DNA of 62,267 bases, filler included, from 5 parts of 5 records of this genome joined end to end with filler, not necessarily neighbours in it, one strand, 5' to 3'. Positions 39,999-50,107 are shown, counted from the whole stretch's first letter. Program-made: numbers and translations. The notes: a model not told the origin generated them from the letters alone.

Positions 39999-39999
39999 T

Positions 40000-40362
40000 G
40001 TGACCAACTACTTCCTGACCAACAACATTTCCGGTGCATGGTGTGGTTCTTTCTTTGCCAACGAAGAACGTTGGAACGAACTTCCGGAACATCTGAAAGT
40101 TCTGTTCAAGCTGTGCATGGATAGCTCGCACTATTATCGCCAGCATTGGTACTGGGGTGGTGAAGCCAAGCTTCGGACCCAGGGTACGAAGCTGAAGCTG
40201 ACTTCGATCCCCGATGCGGAATGGGCGACGGTTGAAGCCGAAGCACATAAATTCTGGGACGAGATTGCACAGACCAGCCCGCGTTGCGCCAGAGTTGTGG
40301 ACATCTTCAAACAGTATGCTGCCGTGATGGAAAAAGCGGGCAAGCCGTATCGTTACAGCTAA
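40000..40362 (+). CDS. TRAP transporter substrate-binding protein (DctP family), C-terminal part
   Basis: N...WNELP..L pattern, SHYYRQHWYWGGEA and W...A..S motifs; lies upstream of GS/ALDH/ADH genes. Confidence 0.75.
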   Translation: MTNYFLTNNISGAWCGSFFANEERWNELPEHLKVLFKLCMDSSHYYRQHWYWGGEAKLRTQGTKLKLTSIPDAEWATVEAEAHKFWDEIAQTSPRCARVVDIFKQYAAVMEKAGKPYRYS

Positions 40363-40462
40363 GCCAATCGGGAATGGTCACATTTGACCGGGCAGGGGGC
40401 GCAGGCGCATCATTTGTGTCTGTGTTCCTTGCATTCCCTAGGGTTTAGTTGATGTTCCAGTT

Positions 40463-40527
40463 TGTAACAAATAATACAAATAAGCAAAATTTATGTTTAT
40501 TTGTTGCATAGTGTAATTTATATTACG
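40463..40527. promoter_or_regulatory. Two TGTA-N8-TAC(A/G) palindromic operator-like sites
   Basis: TGTAACAAATAATACA at 40463-40478 and TGTAATTTATATTACG at 40512-40527, in an AT-rich patch upstream of the GS-like gene. Confidence 0.5.
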
Positions 40528-40618
40528 CAACAAGACGTCACAAGACGCGATGACCAAAAACGGGCAGGAACCGGTCAGTCCGATACAAAAACAAAGCCCA
40601 AATCACAGGAGGCCGCCG

Positions 40619-41986
40619 ATGCAGGCGAAGGATGTCAAAACCGCCGATGACGCACGAAAACTGATTAAGGAACGAGACATCAAATTCGTCAAAATCGGTA
40701 TTTTCGACGTCGACGGAATCATGCGCGGCAAATACATGCATCGCGAAAAATTCCTGTCGGCACTCGATTCCGGTTTTGCCTTTTGTGATGTGGTTCTGGG
40801 TTGGGATTCAAATGACCAGCTCTATGACAAATCCGAGTTTACAGGATGGCACACGGCATATCCGGATGCACCGGTGCGCGTGATCCCCGAAAGCTGCCGC
40901 GAATTGCCGATGGAAGACGATACCGTTCTGTTCCTTGGCGAGTTCGAGGGACGGGCGGAAACCGTGTGCCCGCGTGGCACATTGCGCCGTGTCCTCGATA
41001 AAGCCGATAAGATGGGATATGACGTTTCGGCCGCCTGCGAGTTCGAGTTTTTCCTGTTCGAGGAAGACCCGCATTCCGTGCGCGAGAAGAACTATCGCAA
41101 TCTGAAGAACATCACACCGGGCTTTTACGGTTATTCGATGCTGCGCAATTCCGTGCATTCGGAATTCTATCATGACCTGCTTGAACTGGGTGAAAGCATG
41201 GATTTCCCGATTGAGGGACTTCATACCGAAACCGGCCCTGGGGTTTTGGAAGCTGCCCTTACCCATGATGAGGCGATGAAAGCCGCCGACAAAGCCGCAC
41301 TTTTTAAAACATTCACCAAGGTTCTGGCCCAGCGTGCCGGATGGATGGCAACATTTATGGCGAAATGGTCACCTGATTGGCCGGGGCAGTCGGGGCATAT
41401 GCATGTTTCGATCAAGGGCAAGGATGGCCGGGCGGCATTTTATGACGCCAACAAGCCGCACAATATGTCCGATGAAATGCGGTGGTTCCTTGGCGGGCAA
41501 CAGAAATTGATGCCGGAACTGCTGTCGATGGTGGCCTGCACGGTGAACAGTTATTCGCGACTGATCCCGGGTTTCTGGGCACCGACGACGGCAACGTGGG
41601 GTGTTGAAAACCGTACCACGGCCCTTCGTGTCATTCCGGGTAGTGCCAAGTCGCAGCGTATTGAATATCGCATTGCGGCGGCGGATATTAACCCCTATAT
41701 CGCGCTTTCGGCGGCCATCGGTTCGGGGCTTTGGGGCATTGAAAACAAGGTGGAGCCGGGCGAAATGGTCGTCGGCAACGCCTATGCGCAGGAATTCCCC
41801 GAAGATACGAGCTTGCCTGCAACGCTTTACGAGGCAGCCGGACGTTTGCGCAAATCCGAGGCGGCAAAATCGCTGTTTGGTGAAGAATTCGTGACCCATT
41901 ACGCCCAGTCGCGGGAATGGGAAGAACGCGAATTCCGCAAGGCGATTACCGACTGGGAAATGCAGCGTTACTTCGAAATCATTTGA
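40619..41986 (+). CDS. Glutamine-synthetase-like gamma-glutamylamide synthetase
   Basis: D.DG.MRGK, E.EFFLF, HTETGPG..E, ATFMAK...GQSG.H.H.S, NSY.RL.PG.WAP, WG.ENRT and R.EYR motifs; AGGAGG RBS before ATG 40619. Confidence 0.9.
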   Translation: MQAKDVKTADDARKLIKERDIKFVKIGIFDVDGIMRGKYMHREKFLSALDSGFAFCDVVLGWDSNDQLYDKSEFTGWHTAYPDAPVRVIPESCRELPMEDDTVLFLGEFEGRAETVCPRGTLRRVLDKADKMGYDVSAACEFEFFLFEEDPHSVREKNYRNLKNITPGFYGYSMLRNSVHSEFYHDLLELGESMDFPIEGLHTETGPGVLEAALTHDEAMKAADKAALFKTFTKVLAQRAGWMATFMAKWSPDWPGQSGHMHVSIKGKDGRAAFYDANKPHNMSDEMRWFLGGQQKLMPELLSMVACTVNSYSRLIPGFWAPTTATWGVENRTTALRVIPGSAKSQRIEYRIAAADINPYIALSAAIGSGLWGIENKVEPGEMVVGNAYAQEFPEDTSLPATLYEAAGRLRKSEAAKSLFGEEFVTHYAQSREWEEREFRKAITDWEMQRYFEII

Positions 41987-42070
41987 TCTGTTGCATGCGG
42001 CGACGCATCGTCGCTTCGCGCCTGGTCACATATCTTAGCGCCCTAACTCATTCTCCAATTGTGAGGCATC

Positions 42071-43462
42071 ATGTCTGAGAGTTTACGCACCATCTCGCCC
42101 GTTGATGGATCCGTTTATGTCGAGCGTCCGCTTGCCGGTGCCGCCGAGATCAACAAGGCACTTGATGTTGCCCGCGCCGCACAGGCCGAATGGCGCAATG
42201 TGCCGGTTGCGACCCGTCAGGAAATCCTGCGCAAGGCGGTTGCCGCCTTTGTTGCGAAAAAGGATGAAATTGCCGCTGAGATCAGCTGGCAGATGGGCCG
42301 ACCGATTTCGCAAGCCGGTGGCGAGGTTAACGGTTTTAAGGAACGCGCCGATTACATGATCAACATCGCGCCTGAGGCACTTGGCGATTACAATCCGGGC
42401 GAGAAGGCCGGTTTTAACCGTTTCATCCGTCGCGAGCCATTGGGCGTCGTTGCGATCATCGCACCGTGGAACTTCCCGTATCTGACGGCGGTGAACGGCG
42501 TTGTTCCGGCCCTTATGGCGGGGAATGCGGTGGTGTTGAAACATTCGCACCAGACCCCGCTTTGTGCAGAACGCTTTGCCGAGGCGTTTGAAGCCGCCGG
42601 TCTGCCCAAGGGATTGTTCCAGTATCTGCATCTGAGCCATGCGGATGCGGAAAAACTGATGGGCGATATCCGTGTTGATTTCGTCAATTTCACCGGTTCG
42701 GTGCCTGGCGGCCATGCTGTTCAGAAAGCGGTTGGAGGCAAGTTCATCGCGACCGGTATGGAGCTTGGCGGCAAGGACCCGGCCTATTTGCGTTCGGACG
42801 TCAATATCGATCATGCGGTGGAAAACGTCATTGATGGCGCGTTCTTTAACAGCGGACAGTCGTGCTGCGGGATTGAACGGATTTACGCCCATGAAAGCGT
42901 TTTTGATGCCTTTGTAGAGAAGGCTGCCGATCTTGTATCGCAATACCGCCTTGGCAGCCCGATTGATACGGAAACCAACCTTGGCCCGATGGTGCGTGCG
43001 TCATCAGCGGCCTTCGTACGGGGCCAGATTGCCGATGCCATCCGTGACGGGGCAAAGGCATTGATCGATCCGTCGAAATTTACCGCCAACAAGGAAGGCA
43101 CCCCGTATCTTGCGCCGCAGGTCTTGATCAATGTCGATCATTCGATGCGCGTCATGAGCGAGGAAAGCTTTGGCCCGGTTGTCGGCATTATGAAGGTGAC
43201 ATCCGACGAGGAAGCCATTGCCCTGATAAATGACAGTGAATTCGGGCTGACGGCATCGATCTGGACAGCGGATGAGGATGCCGCCCTTTCGATTGGGGAC
43301 CGGCTTCAGACCGGAACGGTTTTCATGAACCGTGCAGATTACCTTGATCCGGCACTGGCCTGGACGGGTGTGAAAAATTCGGGACGTGGATGCACGCTTT
43401 CGAAACTGGGTTACGAATCCCTGACCCGGCCGAAAAGCTTCCACCTGCGGACCAAGATTTAA
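42071..43462 (+). CDS. Aldehyde dehydrogenase
   Basis: PWNFP, FTGS, ELGGKDP, GQSCC, EESFGP and G.K.SG.G motifs. Confidence 0.93.
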   Translation: MSESLRTISPVDGSVYVERPLAGAAEINKALDVARAAQAEWRNVPVATRQEILRKAVAAFVAKKDEIAAEISWQMGRPISQAGGEVNGFKERADYMINIAPEALGDYNPGEKAGFNRFIRREPLGVVAIIAPWNFPYLTAVNGVVPALMAGNAVVLKHSHQTPLCAERFAEAFEAAGLPKGLFQYLHLSHADAEKLMGDIRVDFVNFTGSVPGGHAVQKAVGGKFIATGMELGGKDPAYLRSDVNIDHAVENVIDGAFFNSGQSCCGIERIYAHESVFDAFVEKAADLVSQYRLGSPIDTETNLGPMVRASSAAFVRGQIADAIRDGAKALIDPSKFTANKEGTPYLAPQVLINVDHSMRVMSEESFGPVVGIMKVTSDEEAIALINDSEFGLTASIWTADEDAALSIGDRLQTGTVFMNRADYLDPALAWTGVKNSGRGCTLSKLGYESLTRPKSFHLRTKI

Positions 43463-43491
43463 CGTCGCGTTTGCGCGCAAAGGATACAGAA

Positions 43492-44661
43492 ATGACCAAG
43501 AAGATTGTTGGAAACTGGAACTTCCCGACCTCCGTGCGTTTTGGTCCGGGCCGTATTTCAGAACTGGCAGATGCCTGCAAGGCAACCGGCATGAAAAAGC
43601 CGTTGCTGATCACCGACGAGGGTCTTAAGGATCTGCCGATGGTACGTGATGCGATTGCCGCAAACGAAGCCGCAGGACTTCCGACCGGGCTGTTTGCCGG
43701 GGTCAAAGGCAACCCGACAGGCAAAAACGTTGAAGACGGTCTGGCGGTCTATCGTGCCGGCGGTCATGACGGTGTGATTGCCTTTGGTGGCGGTTCGGGC
43801 CTTGATGCGGCCAAGGCCGTGGCCCTGATGGCAGGGCAGATCCGCCCGATGTGGGATTTCGAAGATATAGGTGATTGGTGGACCCGCGCCGATCCGGCTG
43901 GTATCGCCCCGATTGTTGCGGTTCCGACCACATCAGGGACCGGTTCCGAAGTGGGCCGTGCCAGCGTGATTACCAAAGAAGACACGCATGAAAAGAAAAT
44001 CATCTTCCATCCGAAGATGTTGCCAGCCATCGTGATTTCCGATCCGGAACTGACCATTGGCCTGCCGCCGCATGTGACGGCGGCCACTGGTGTCGATGCG
44101 TTTGTTCATTGTTTCGAAGCCCATTGTGCGCCGGGTTATCATCCGATGGCGGATGGTGTGGCCCTTGAAGGTATGCGCCTGATTGCCGATGCGCTGCCGC
44201 GTGCCTATGACAATGGCAAGGATATCGAGGCGCGTGCCGATATGCTTTCGGCAGCGTCGATGGGGGCGACAGCCTTCCAGAAGGGGCTTGGCGGTGTTCA
44301 CGCACTGGCCCATCCGATCGGGGCGATTTTCGATACCCACCACGGCCTGACCAATGCCATCCTTTTGCCGTATGTCATGCGGGCCAACCGCCGTGCGATT
44401 GAAGGCAATTGTGAAACGATTTGCCGTTTGCTGGGCCTTGCCGCACCGGGCTTTGACACCCTGTTTGAATGGGTTCTGGCGTTCCGTACCCGTCTTGGCA
44501 TCGTCAATACGCTGGCGGAAATCGGTGTCGACGTAAACCGAGCCGACGAAGTCGCGACCAAAGCCAAGGGTGATCCGTCCGATGGAGGCAACCCGATTGA
44601 ACTTTCGGTGGCTGATTATGCCGAAATCTTCCGTCGGGCCTGTGTCGGCGAGCTTGGCTAA
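43492..44661 (+). CDS. Iron-containing alcohol dehydrogenase
   Basis: GGGSGLDAAK, PTTSGTGSE, DAFVHCFE, HALAH and HHG motifs. Start set at ATG 43492. Confidence 0.93.
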   Translation: MTKKIVGNWNFPTSVRFGPGRISELADACKATGMKKPLLITDEGLKDLPMVRDAIAANEAAGLPTGLFAGVKGNPTGKNVEDGLAVYRAGGHDGVIAFGGGSGLDAAKAVALMAGQIRPMWDFEDIGDWWTRADPAGIAPIVAVPTTSGTGSEVGRASVITKEDTHEKKIIFHPKMLPAIVISDPELTIGLPPHVTAATGVDAFVHCFEAHCAPGYHPMADGVALEGMRLIADALPRAYDNGKDIEARADMLSAASMGATAFQKGLGGVHALAHPIGAIFDTHHGLTNAILLPYVMRANRRAIEGNCETICRLLGLAAPGFDTLFEWVLAFRTRLGIVNTLAEIGVDVNRADEVATKAKGDPSDGGNPIELSVADYAEIFRRACVGELG

Positions 44662-44707
44662 GTTCAAGAAACGATAACCGGAACAATCACGGGATCAGGG
44701 TGTTATC

Positions 44708-45565
44708 ATGGAAAACGTCAGAAAAATCCTGATTGTAGATGGCAATCGCCACGAAGTGAATGAATTGAACCGTTCACTGGGGGGATCGCCATCGGGCGAG
44801 GGATATGAAGCGGCCCTGAGACGCCTTGATCCTGAACTTGATATCACGATTGTCCGGCCTGCGGATGATGGGCCGGACTGTCTTCCCGACGGTGTGAAGC
44901 TTACCGATTTTGACGGCATTGCGTGGACCGGTTCGGCGCTGAATGCCTATATCGATGAAGACGCGGTTTTAAACCAGTTGCCATTGGCAAGGGCAACGGT
45001 TGAATCCGGTGTGCCGGTATTTGGCAGTTGCTGGGGCATGCAGATTGTTGCCCGTGCGTTTGGCGGTGAAGTGCGCGCATCGCCCAATGGGCGCGAGATT
45101 GGCGTGGGCCGCATGATCCGCCTGAACCGGGCAGGGGTTGCGCATCCGATGTATCGCGGGAAATCGGTCTGTTTTTCTGCACTGACCGTGCATATGGACG
45201 AAGTATCGGTTCCGCCCAAGGGGGCGGTGATCCTTGCCGGGAACGAACACAGCCATATTCAGGCGTTTGTGATGGAAAATGACGGCCTGAAATTCTGGGG
45301 CGTGCAATATCATCCCGAATATACGCTGGCGGAACTTGCCGCCATTTTCCGGCGGTACGGGCAGCGCCTGATTGATGCCGGATTGTTCGCCGATCAGGGG
45401 GCGCTTGAAACCATGGCGACCAACTGGATGACGCTGCATCAGGACCCGGATCGGCGCGATCTTGCGTGGCAATACGGGATTGATAATGATGCGCTGCGCT
45501 ATGAACGCAGATTGCTGGAACTTGGCAACTGGTTGAAGTATTCAGTCGGTAAAATTCGCAGTTAG
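44708..45565 (+). CDS. Class I glutamine amidotransferase-like hydrolase (possible gamma-glutamyl hydrolase)
   Basis: WTGS, GSCWGMQ (nucleophile Cys) and GVQYHPE (His-Glu). Confidence 0.85.
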   Translation: MENVRKILIVDGNRHEVNELNRSLGGSPSGEGYEAALRRLDPELDITIVRPADDGPDCLPDGVKLTDFDGIAWTGSALNAYIDEDAVLNQLPLARATVESGVPVFGSCWGMQIVARAFGGEVRASPNGREIGVGRMIRLNRAGVAHPMYRGKSVCFSALTVHMDEVSVPPKGAVILAGNEHSHIQAFVMENDGLKFWGVQYHPEYTLAELAAIFRRYGQRLIDAGLFADQGALETMATNWMTLHQDPDRRDLAWQYGIDNDALRYERRLLELGNWLKYSVGKIRS

Positions 45566-46512
45566 ATCGTTTCTTTGTAGGCGTTTAACGCGCGTTCCTG
45601 AACCGTTTTGCTATCAAGGTTCCAGACAGTTGTGCCGTGGGTTTTCGCCGTCAGACTTGCCATGGCAAGGCCGGTACCAATCGCGGCGTCAAAGCCGGTT
45701 TCCAGTTTGCTGAACGCCGACAGGAAGCCCGAATAAAACGCATCCCCGGCTCCATTGACGTCAACGACCTTGGTGGGCAAAGGACGCCAGAAGGCAGTTT
45801 CACGGCCATCGGCAGATACGACACCCTTGGCACCCAGCGTTATGACAATATGGGGAATGCCATGATCGCGTAGAACCGTGATTGCGTTTTTGGCATCATC
45901 AATGTCGTTGATTTCAATACCGGATAAAACTTTTGCTTCGGCCCGGTTGGCGATCAGGACATCAAGTTTGTCCAGAAGTGGCTTGAAGCGTGCCGATTTT
46001 GACGGGGATACGGTCGCGGCACAAAAGCGTGATGTGCCTTTCTGGTCGGCTAGCCAGATCAGCGTTTCGGTCGGCAGATTGGCATCGACCATCCACCAGG
46101 GCCAGTTTTGAATATTTGCCAGTTGATCAGCCAGAAGATCGTATGTCAGGCGGTCATAGATTTCGGCATCCATCAGGCCGAGGGCCAGTTCGCCGGTTTC
46201 GTCAAGGATGGCGGTGTAACCCGCGGTATGGCCGCCGGGGATTTTGCGGATTTGCCGGGTATCGATACCGATTTCCGATAAGGAGCGGATGATCTGATCG
46301 CCGTCGCCATCGTCGCCGACCGCACCCAGCATACCGACATTACATCCCAGCAACCGCAGGTGAACCGCGATATTGCGACTGACGCCACCGGGTTTTCGGT
46401 GCAGGGTCCGGACAGGGTTTGACGCCGCAGGCACGAATGTTTCCGTGCATTGCAGGGTTCGGTCAAAATGGGCTGCGCCAAGGCAAAGGATGTTGCTGGC
46501 AGGGTTGATCAA
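45562..46512 (-). CDS. PfkB-family kinase (pseudouridine-kinase-like)
   Basis: PGGVSRNIA, VGDD.DG, DANL, N..EA, TLG.KG and DVNGAGDAF motifs. Confidence 0.85.
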   Translation of the reverse strand: MINPASNILCLGAAHFDRTLQCTETFVPAASNPVRTLHRKPGGVSRNIAVHLRLLGCNVGMLGAVGDDGDGDQIIRSLSEIGIDTRQIRKIPGGHTAGYTAILDETGELALGLMDAEIYDRLTYDLLADQLANIQNWPWWMVDANLPTETLIWLADQKGTSRFCAATVSPSKSARFKPLLDKLDVLIANRAEAKVLSGIEINDIDDAKNAITVLRDHGIPHIVITLGAKGVVSADGRETAFWRPLPTKVVDVNGAGDAFYSGFLSAFSKLETGFDAAIGTGLAMASLTAKTHGTTVWNLDSKTVQERALNAYKETI

Positions 46513-46599
46513 GATGATGCTCTGTTTATTGTTAAACGGTCTTTGATGGCTGGCGCAAAGTCATAAGCTGCGGGGTCAATTCAACGCAAGCAAAACAAG

Positions 46600-46634
46600 A
46601 AGGGCGGCGTACGGGATCATCGTGCGCCGCCCTT
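46600..46634 (-). terminator. Terminator-like hairpin after the 5'-nucleotidase gene
   Basis: AAGGGCGGCGTACG-N7-CGTGCGCCGCCCTT with an A-rich left flank. Confidence 0.7.
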
Positions 46635-46657
46635 TGGCTAACCTGGTTAGTTCGGGT

Positions 46658-48253
46658 TTATTTCATCATGATACGATCATGGGTTGCCGGGATCATCGGC
46701 GAATTCATGCCGATATATTCCGCCACTGCCTGTTCAAGGTTCGGACCGAAATCATAGACATCGGTTGCGTTATCGCGGAACAGGGCATAACCATCCCCGC
46801 CATTGCGCATGAAGTCGTTCGAAACAACGCCATACGTTTTGGCCGGATCAATCGGAACGAAAGTACCGCCTTCATCGACCATAACGTTGGATATGCGCGA
46901 TCCGACCGGTGCGTTAAGGTCCAGATCGAATTTCAGACCGGAAACCTGCGGGAACTGGCCTTTGCCCTCGGACACCATTGATACGCCATGTTCAAGGGAC
47001 GCCACGACATCGGCACCGGTCAGTTTGAAGGTTGCCAGAGCATTCTGGAACGGCAGAACCGTCAGGACTTCGCCCATTGTCACGGTACCTTCGTCAATGC
47101 TGGCACGGATACCGCCACCATTCTGGATGGCGATCTGATACCCTTCGCCAGCTTTCCACAGCATGGCATCGGCAATCAGGGAACCCATGGCGCATTCCAT
47201 CGCGCGGCAGCTTTCACGCGATCCATCGGCGGCCGTGGTGAAGCTTCCGACCTCAACCGTGCGAATGGCATCGACCGCACCGCTGACTTCGGCTATTTTC
47301 GCCAGAACGTCTTCGGCCGGTTTGATACTGGCATCAAGGGTGATCGGTTCGCCCGACCATGCCTTTGCAACGCCGTCATCGTCAAAGGTGACCTCAAGCG
47401 CGCCGAGATAGCGGCTATAGGCGTAGGCCTGAACGACCAGAACTGGTTTGCCATCCGGTGCGGTTTCAACGACCGGGTAGGGATAGTCGGCCTTTTCATT
47501 GGTGTTCGAGAAGAGCTGGTTGTCATGTCCGCCAACGATGACATCGATGCCGCTGACGGTTTTTGCCAGTTCAAAATCCTTGTAGGACCCGGAATGGCTC
47601 ATAACGATAATTTTGTTGATGCCCTTCAGGCGCAGGCGGGCAACGGAATAGCGCAACGCCATTTCGGAATCGGTGATGCTGACATGATCACCCGGGCTTG
47701 AAATATCCGGGGTTTCTTCGGTCGTGATACCGATCAGGCCGATTTTCTCGCCCCCGACTTCGACGATGGTGTCGGGCTTGATGAAGCCTTCAAGGCCGGA
47801 ACCGCCAAGCGGCTTGACGTTGGCCGACAGAACCGGAATTTTGCTGGTTTTGATGAAGGCGGCAAGAACATCGGGACCATCGTCGAATTCGTGGTTGCCA
47901 ATCGTCATGGCATCATAACCCGCCATTGCCATCAGTTCGGCGGTCAGTTTGCCCTTGTAGGTCGAATAATAAAGCGACCCCTGGAACTGATCACCGCCGT
48001 CCAGAACAAGGACATTGCCGCCCATGGCGCGATTGTCGCGAATGGCGGTTGCAAGGCGCGCGTAACCGCCAAAGCATTTACCTTCGGTTTCGTCTTCTGC
48101 GCTGCAGCTGTTGTTGTATTTGGTAACTGATTCAACGCGATCATGAACGTCGTTGGTATGCAGGATACGAAGATCATAATCCGCAAGTGCCGAACCGGCA
48201 CCAAAAGTCAGCATCGTGCAGGCCGAAAGAAGCCCGGCAATTTTCCGTTTCAT
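46658..48253 (-). CDS. Periplasmic 5'-nucleotidase/UDP-sugar hydrolase (UshA family)
   Basis: Signal peptide; ILHTNDVH, LDGGDQFQG, GNHEFD, N.GGIR, LPF.N, QVSG and GGDGY motifs. Confidence 0.92.
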   Translation of the reverse strand: MKRKIAGLLSACTMLTFGAGSALADYDLRILHTNDVHDRVESVTKYNNSCSAEDETEGKCFGGYARLATAIRDNRAMGGNVLVLDGGDQFQGSLYYSTYKGKLTAELMAMAGYDAMTIGNHEFDDGPDVLAAFIKTSKIPVLSANVKPLGGSGLEGFIKPDTIVEVGGEKIGLIGITTEETPDISSPGDHVSITDSEMALRYSVARLRLKGINKIIVMSHSGSYKDFELAKTVSGIDVIVGGHDNQLFSNTNEKADYPYPVVETAPDGKPVLVVQAYAYSRYLGALEVTFDDDGVAKAWSGEPITLDASIKPAEDVLAKIAEVSGAVDAIRTVEVGSFTTAADGSRESCRAMECAMGSLIADAMLWKAGEGYQIAIQNGGGIRASIDEGTVTMGEVLTVLPFQNALATFKLTGADVVASLEHGVSMVSEGKGQFPQVSGLKFDLDLNAPVGSRISNVMVDEGGTFVPIDPAKTYGVVSNDFMRNGGDGYALFRDNATDVYDFGPNLEQAVAEYIGMNSPMIPATHDRIMMK

Positions 48254-48853
48254 TTTTTATCTCCGAACAAGCCGTTGCACCGGCATCCCTCGACCCGGTG
48301 TGGCATGAAAAGTCAAATCCCTGAACGCACGTGATCCTAGCATTAAAATTCTTTTGGGGGTACGTCCGGTTGATGACGTGACGGTTAAATTGTCGATCTG
48401 AATTTGTCTGGGCGGGGCGTTGTATTTTCATTTCAATGCAGAATCGGACGGCGCTGTTTTCGGACCAGCAGGCCGTATTGCAGAATTGGCGCGCGGTGCG
48501 ATTGTGAAATTCTTTGAGAAATAGTATCGGCAGCGGCTGAAATGTCAGCGTTTGCTAATTCGGTAAAAACTAAGGGAAACCCCGCAGATAGACGGTATAA
48601 TGACAAGCTGGGGTAGAATGAATTCTGACCGAATGGACAGGTTTTGTGTCAATGGTCCGTGCTCTGCTATTTACAGAGTACCGTATTTTGTAGTTACCAT
48701 AGGCGTTCTGTAGCAGATACGCACAAGAGGCACCGGTATCCGGGGCAAAAAAAGCGGTGCTGCTGCATGAAACACTTTTTCGATGAGGGAGTCCTGCCGG
48801 TTAAGGGCGCTGGCGGGATATAAAAGAGAATCAAGCAATAGAAGGGCATCGGA

Positions 48854-49230
48854 ATGAAAAAGCTTCTGACCTCCATGGTCGCGGCTGTTGCATGCTATGC
48901 AGGTGTAGCGAGCGCAGCAGAAATCAAACCGGCAGTCGTTTACGACATGGGTGGCCGTTTTGACCGTTCGTTTAACCAGGGCGCATATAACGGTGCCGAA
49001 AAATACAAGGCCGACAAAGGCGTCGAGTATCGCGATTTCGAGATCCAGAACGATTCGCAGCGCGAACAGGCAATGCGCAACTTTGCACGCCGTGGCATGA
49101 ACCCGATTGTTGCAATCGGCTTCTCGCAGGCGTCCGCCCTTGAGAAAGTTGCAACCGAATTTCCCGACACCAAGTTCACGATCGTTGATATGGTTGTTGA
49201 CCTGCCGAACGTTCAGTCGGTGGTTTTCAA
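48854..49230 (+). CDS. BMP-family ABC transporter substrate-binding protein (truncated)
   Basis: Signal peptide; YDMGGRFDRSFNQ.A..G, IGF and P...F.IVD...PNV.S..F motifs. Confidence 0.88.
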
Positions 49231-49330
49231 NNNNNNNNNNNNNNNNNNNNNNNNNNNNNNNNNNNNNNNNNNNNTTAATTAATTAANNNNNNNNNNNNNN
49301 NNNNNNNNNNNNNNNNNNNNNNNNNNNNNN
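49231..49330. other. Artificial contig linker
   Basis: Same N44-TTAATTAATTAA-N44 linker. Confidence 0.97.
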
Positions 49331-50041
49331 GATGCCGCCGATCACGATCACCACAAAGGCCAAGATCAGCACGGGTTCGCCCATGCCCACTTGCACCGAC
49401 TGGATGGCCCCCATCATTGCCCCGGCAAAGCCAGCTAAGGCGGCGCCAATGGCGAACACAATGGTATAAAGCGTGGCGATATTCACGCCGAGTGCAGCGA
49501 TCATTTCACGATCTGCTTCACCTGCCCGAATGCGGATGCCGAGGCGAGTTTTCGTGATGAGGAGATAAAGCCCCAGTGCCACCAAGCCGCCGACAAGGAT
49601 AATCGCCAAGCGATAAGCAGAATATTGGAAACCGCCAAACAGGGTCACTGGACCAGCCAGAAAGCCCGGTGCATCCAAATATAATGGGAAAGAGCCAAAC
49701 ACCATCCGGCAGCCTTCCGAAAGGATCAGGATCAGCGCAAAGGTGGCCAACACTTGGTCGAGGTGATCGCGATCATATAATCGTCTGATCACAAGCATCT
49801 CGATCAAGACACCAGCAAAACCCGCTGCCACGATGGACGCCACAAGGCCAAGCCAGAACGAGCCTGTGGCCGCAGCCACCGCCGCGCAGGCAAAGGCCCC
49901 GATCATATAGAGCGAACCGTGCGCCAAATTGATCAGCCCCATCACGCCGAAAACGAGCGTTAGGCCGGCGGCCATCAAAAACAGCGTCACGCCATATTGC
50001 AAGCCGTTTAGAAGCTGTTCAAATAAAAGAGTGGTGGACAT
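49331..50041 (-). CDS. Branched-chain-amino-acid-type ABC permease (LivH family), 3' truncated
   Basis: LNGL..G..LFL.AAGLTLVFGVMG.INLAHG, T.LG..IRA and AFVV.V.GG motifs. Start at ATG 50041. Confidence 0.9.
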
Positions 50042-50063
50042 AATTTCCCCAGCGGTTTGAAGG

Positions 50064-50089
50064 TTGGCGGGATGAAAACACCCCGCCAA
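50064..50089 (-). other. Intercistronic hairpin after the binding-protein gene
   Basis: TTGGCGGG...CCCGCCAA stem, typical of an mRNA-stabilising or partial-termination hairpin. Confidence 0.5.
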
Positions 50090-50107
50090 TCATCTCAAGC
50101 GCAATGA

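Noticed and set aside
40619-41986. Calling the GS-like gene the housekeeping glnA
   Set aside because: Its ALDH/ADH/GATase/TRAP context and motif variants fit a gamma-glutamylamide ligase rather than ammonia assimilation.
42083-48130. Many overlapping antisense or alternative-frame ORFs (e.g. 42083-42943, 43933-44667, 46988-47701)
   Set aside because: These are shadows of well-supported genes caused by GC3 bias.
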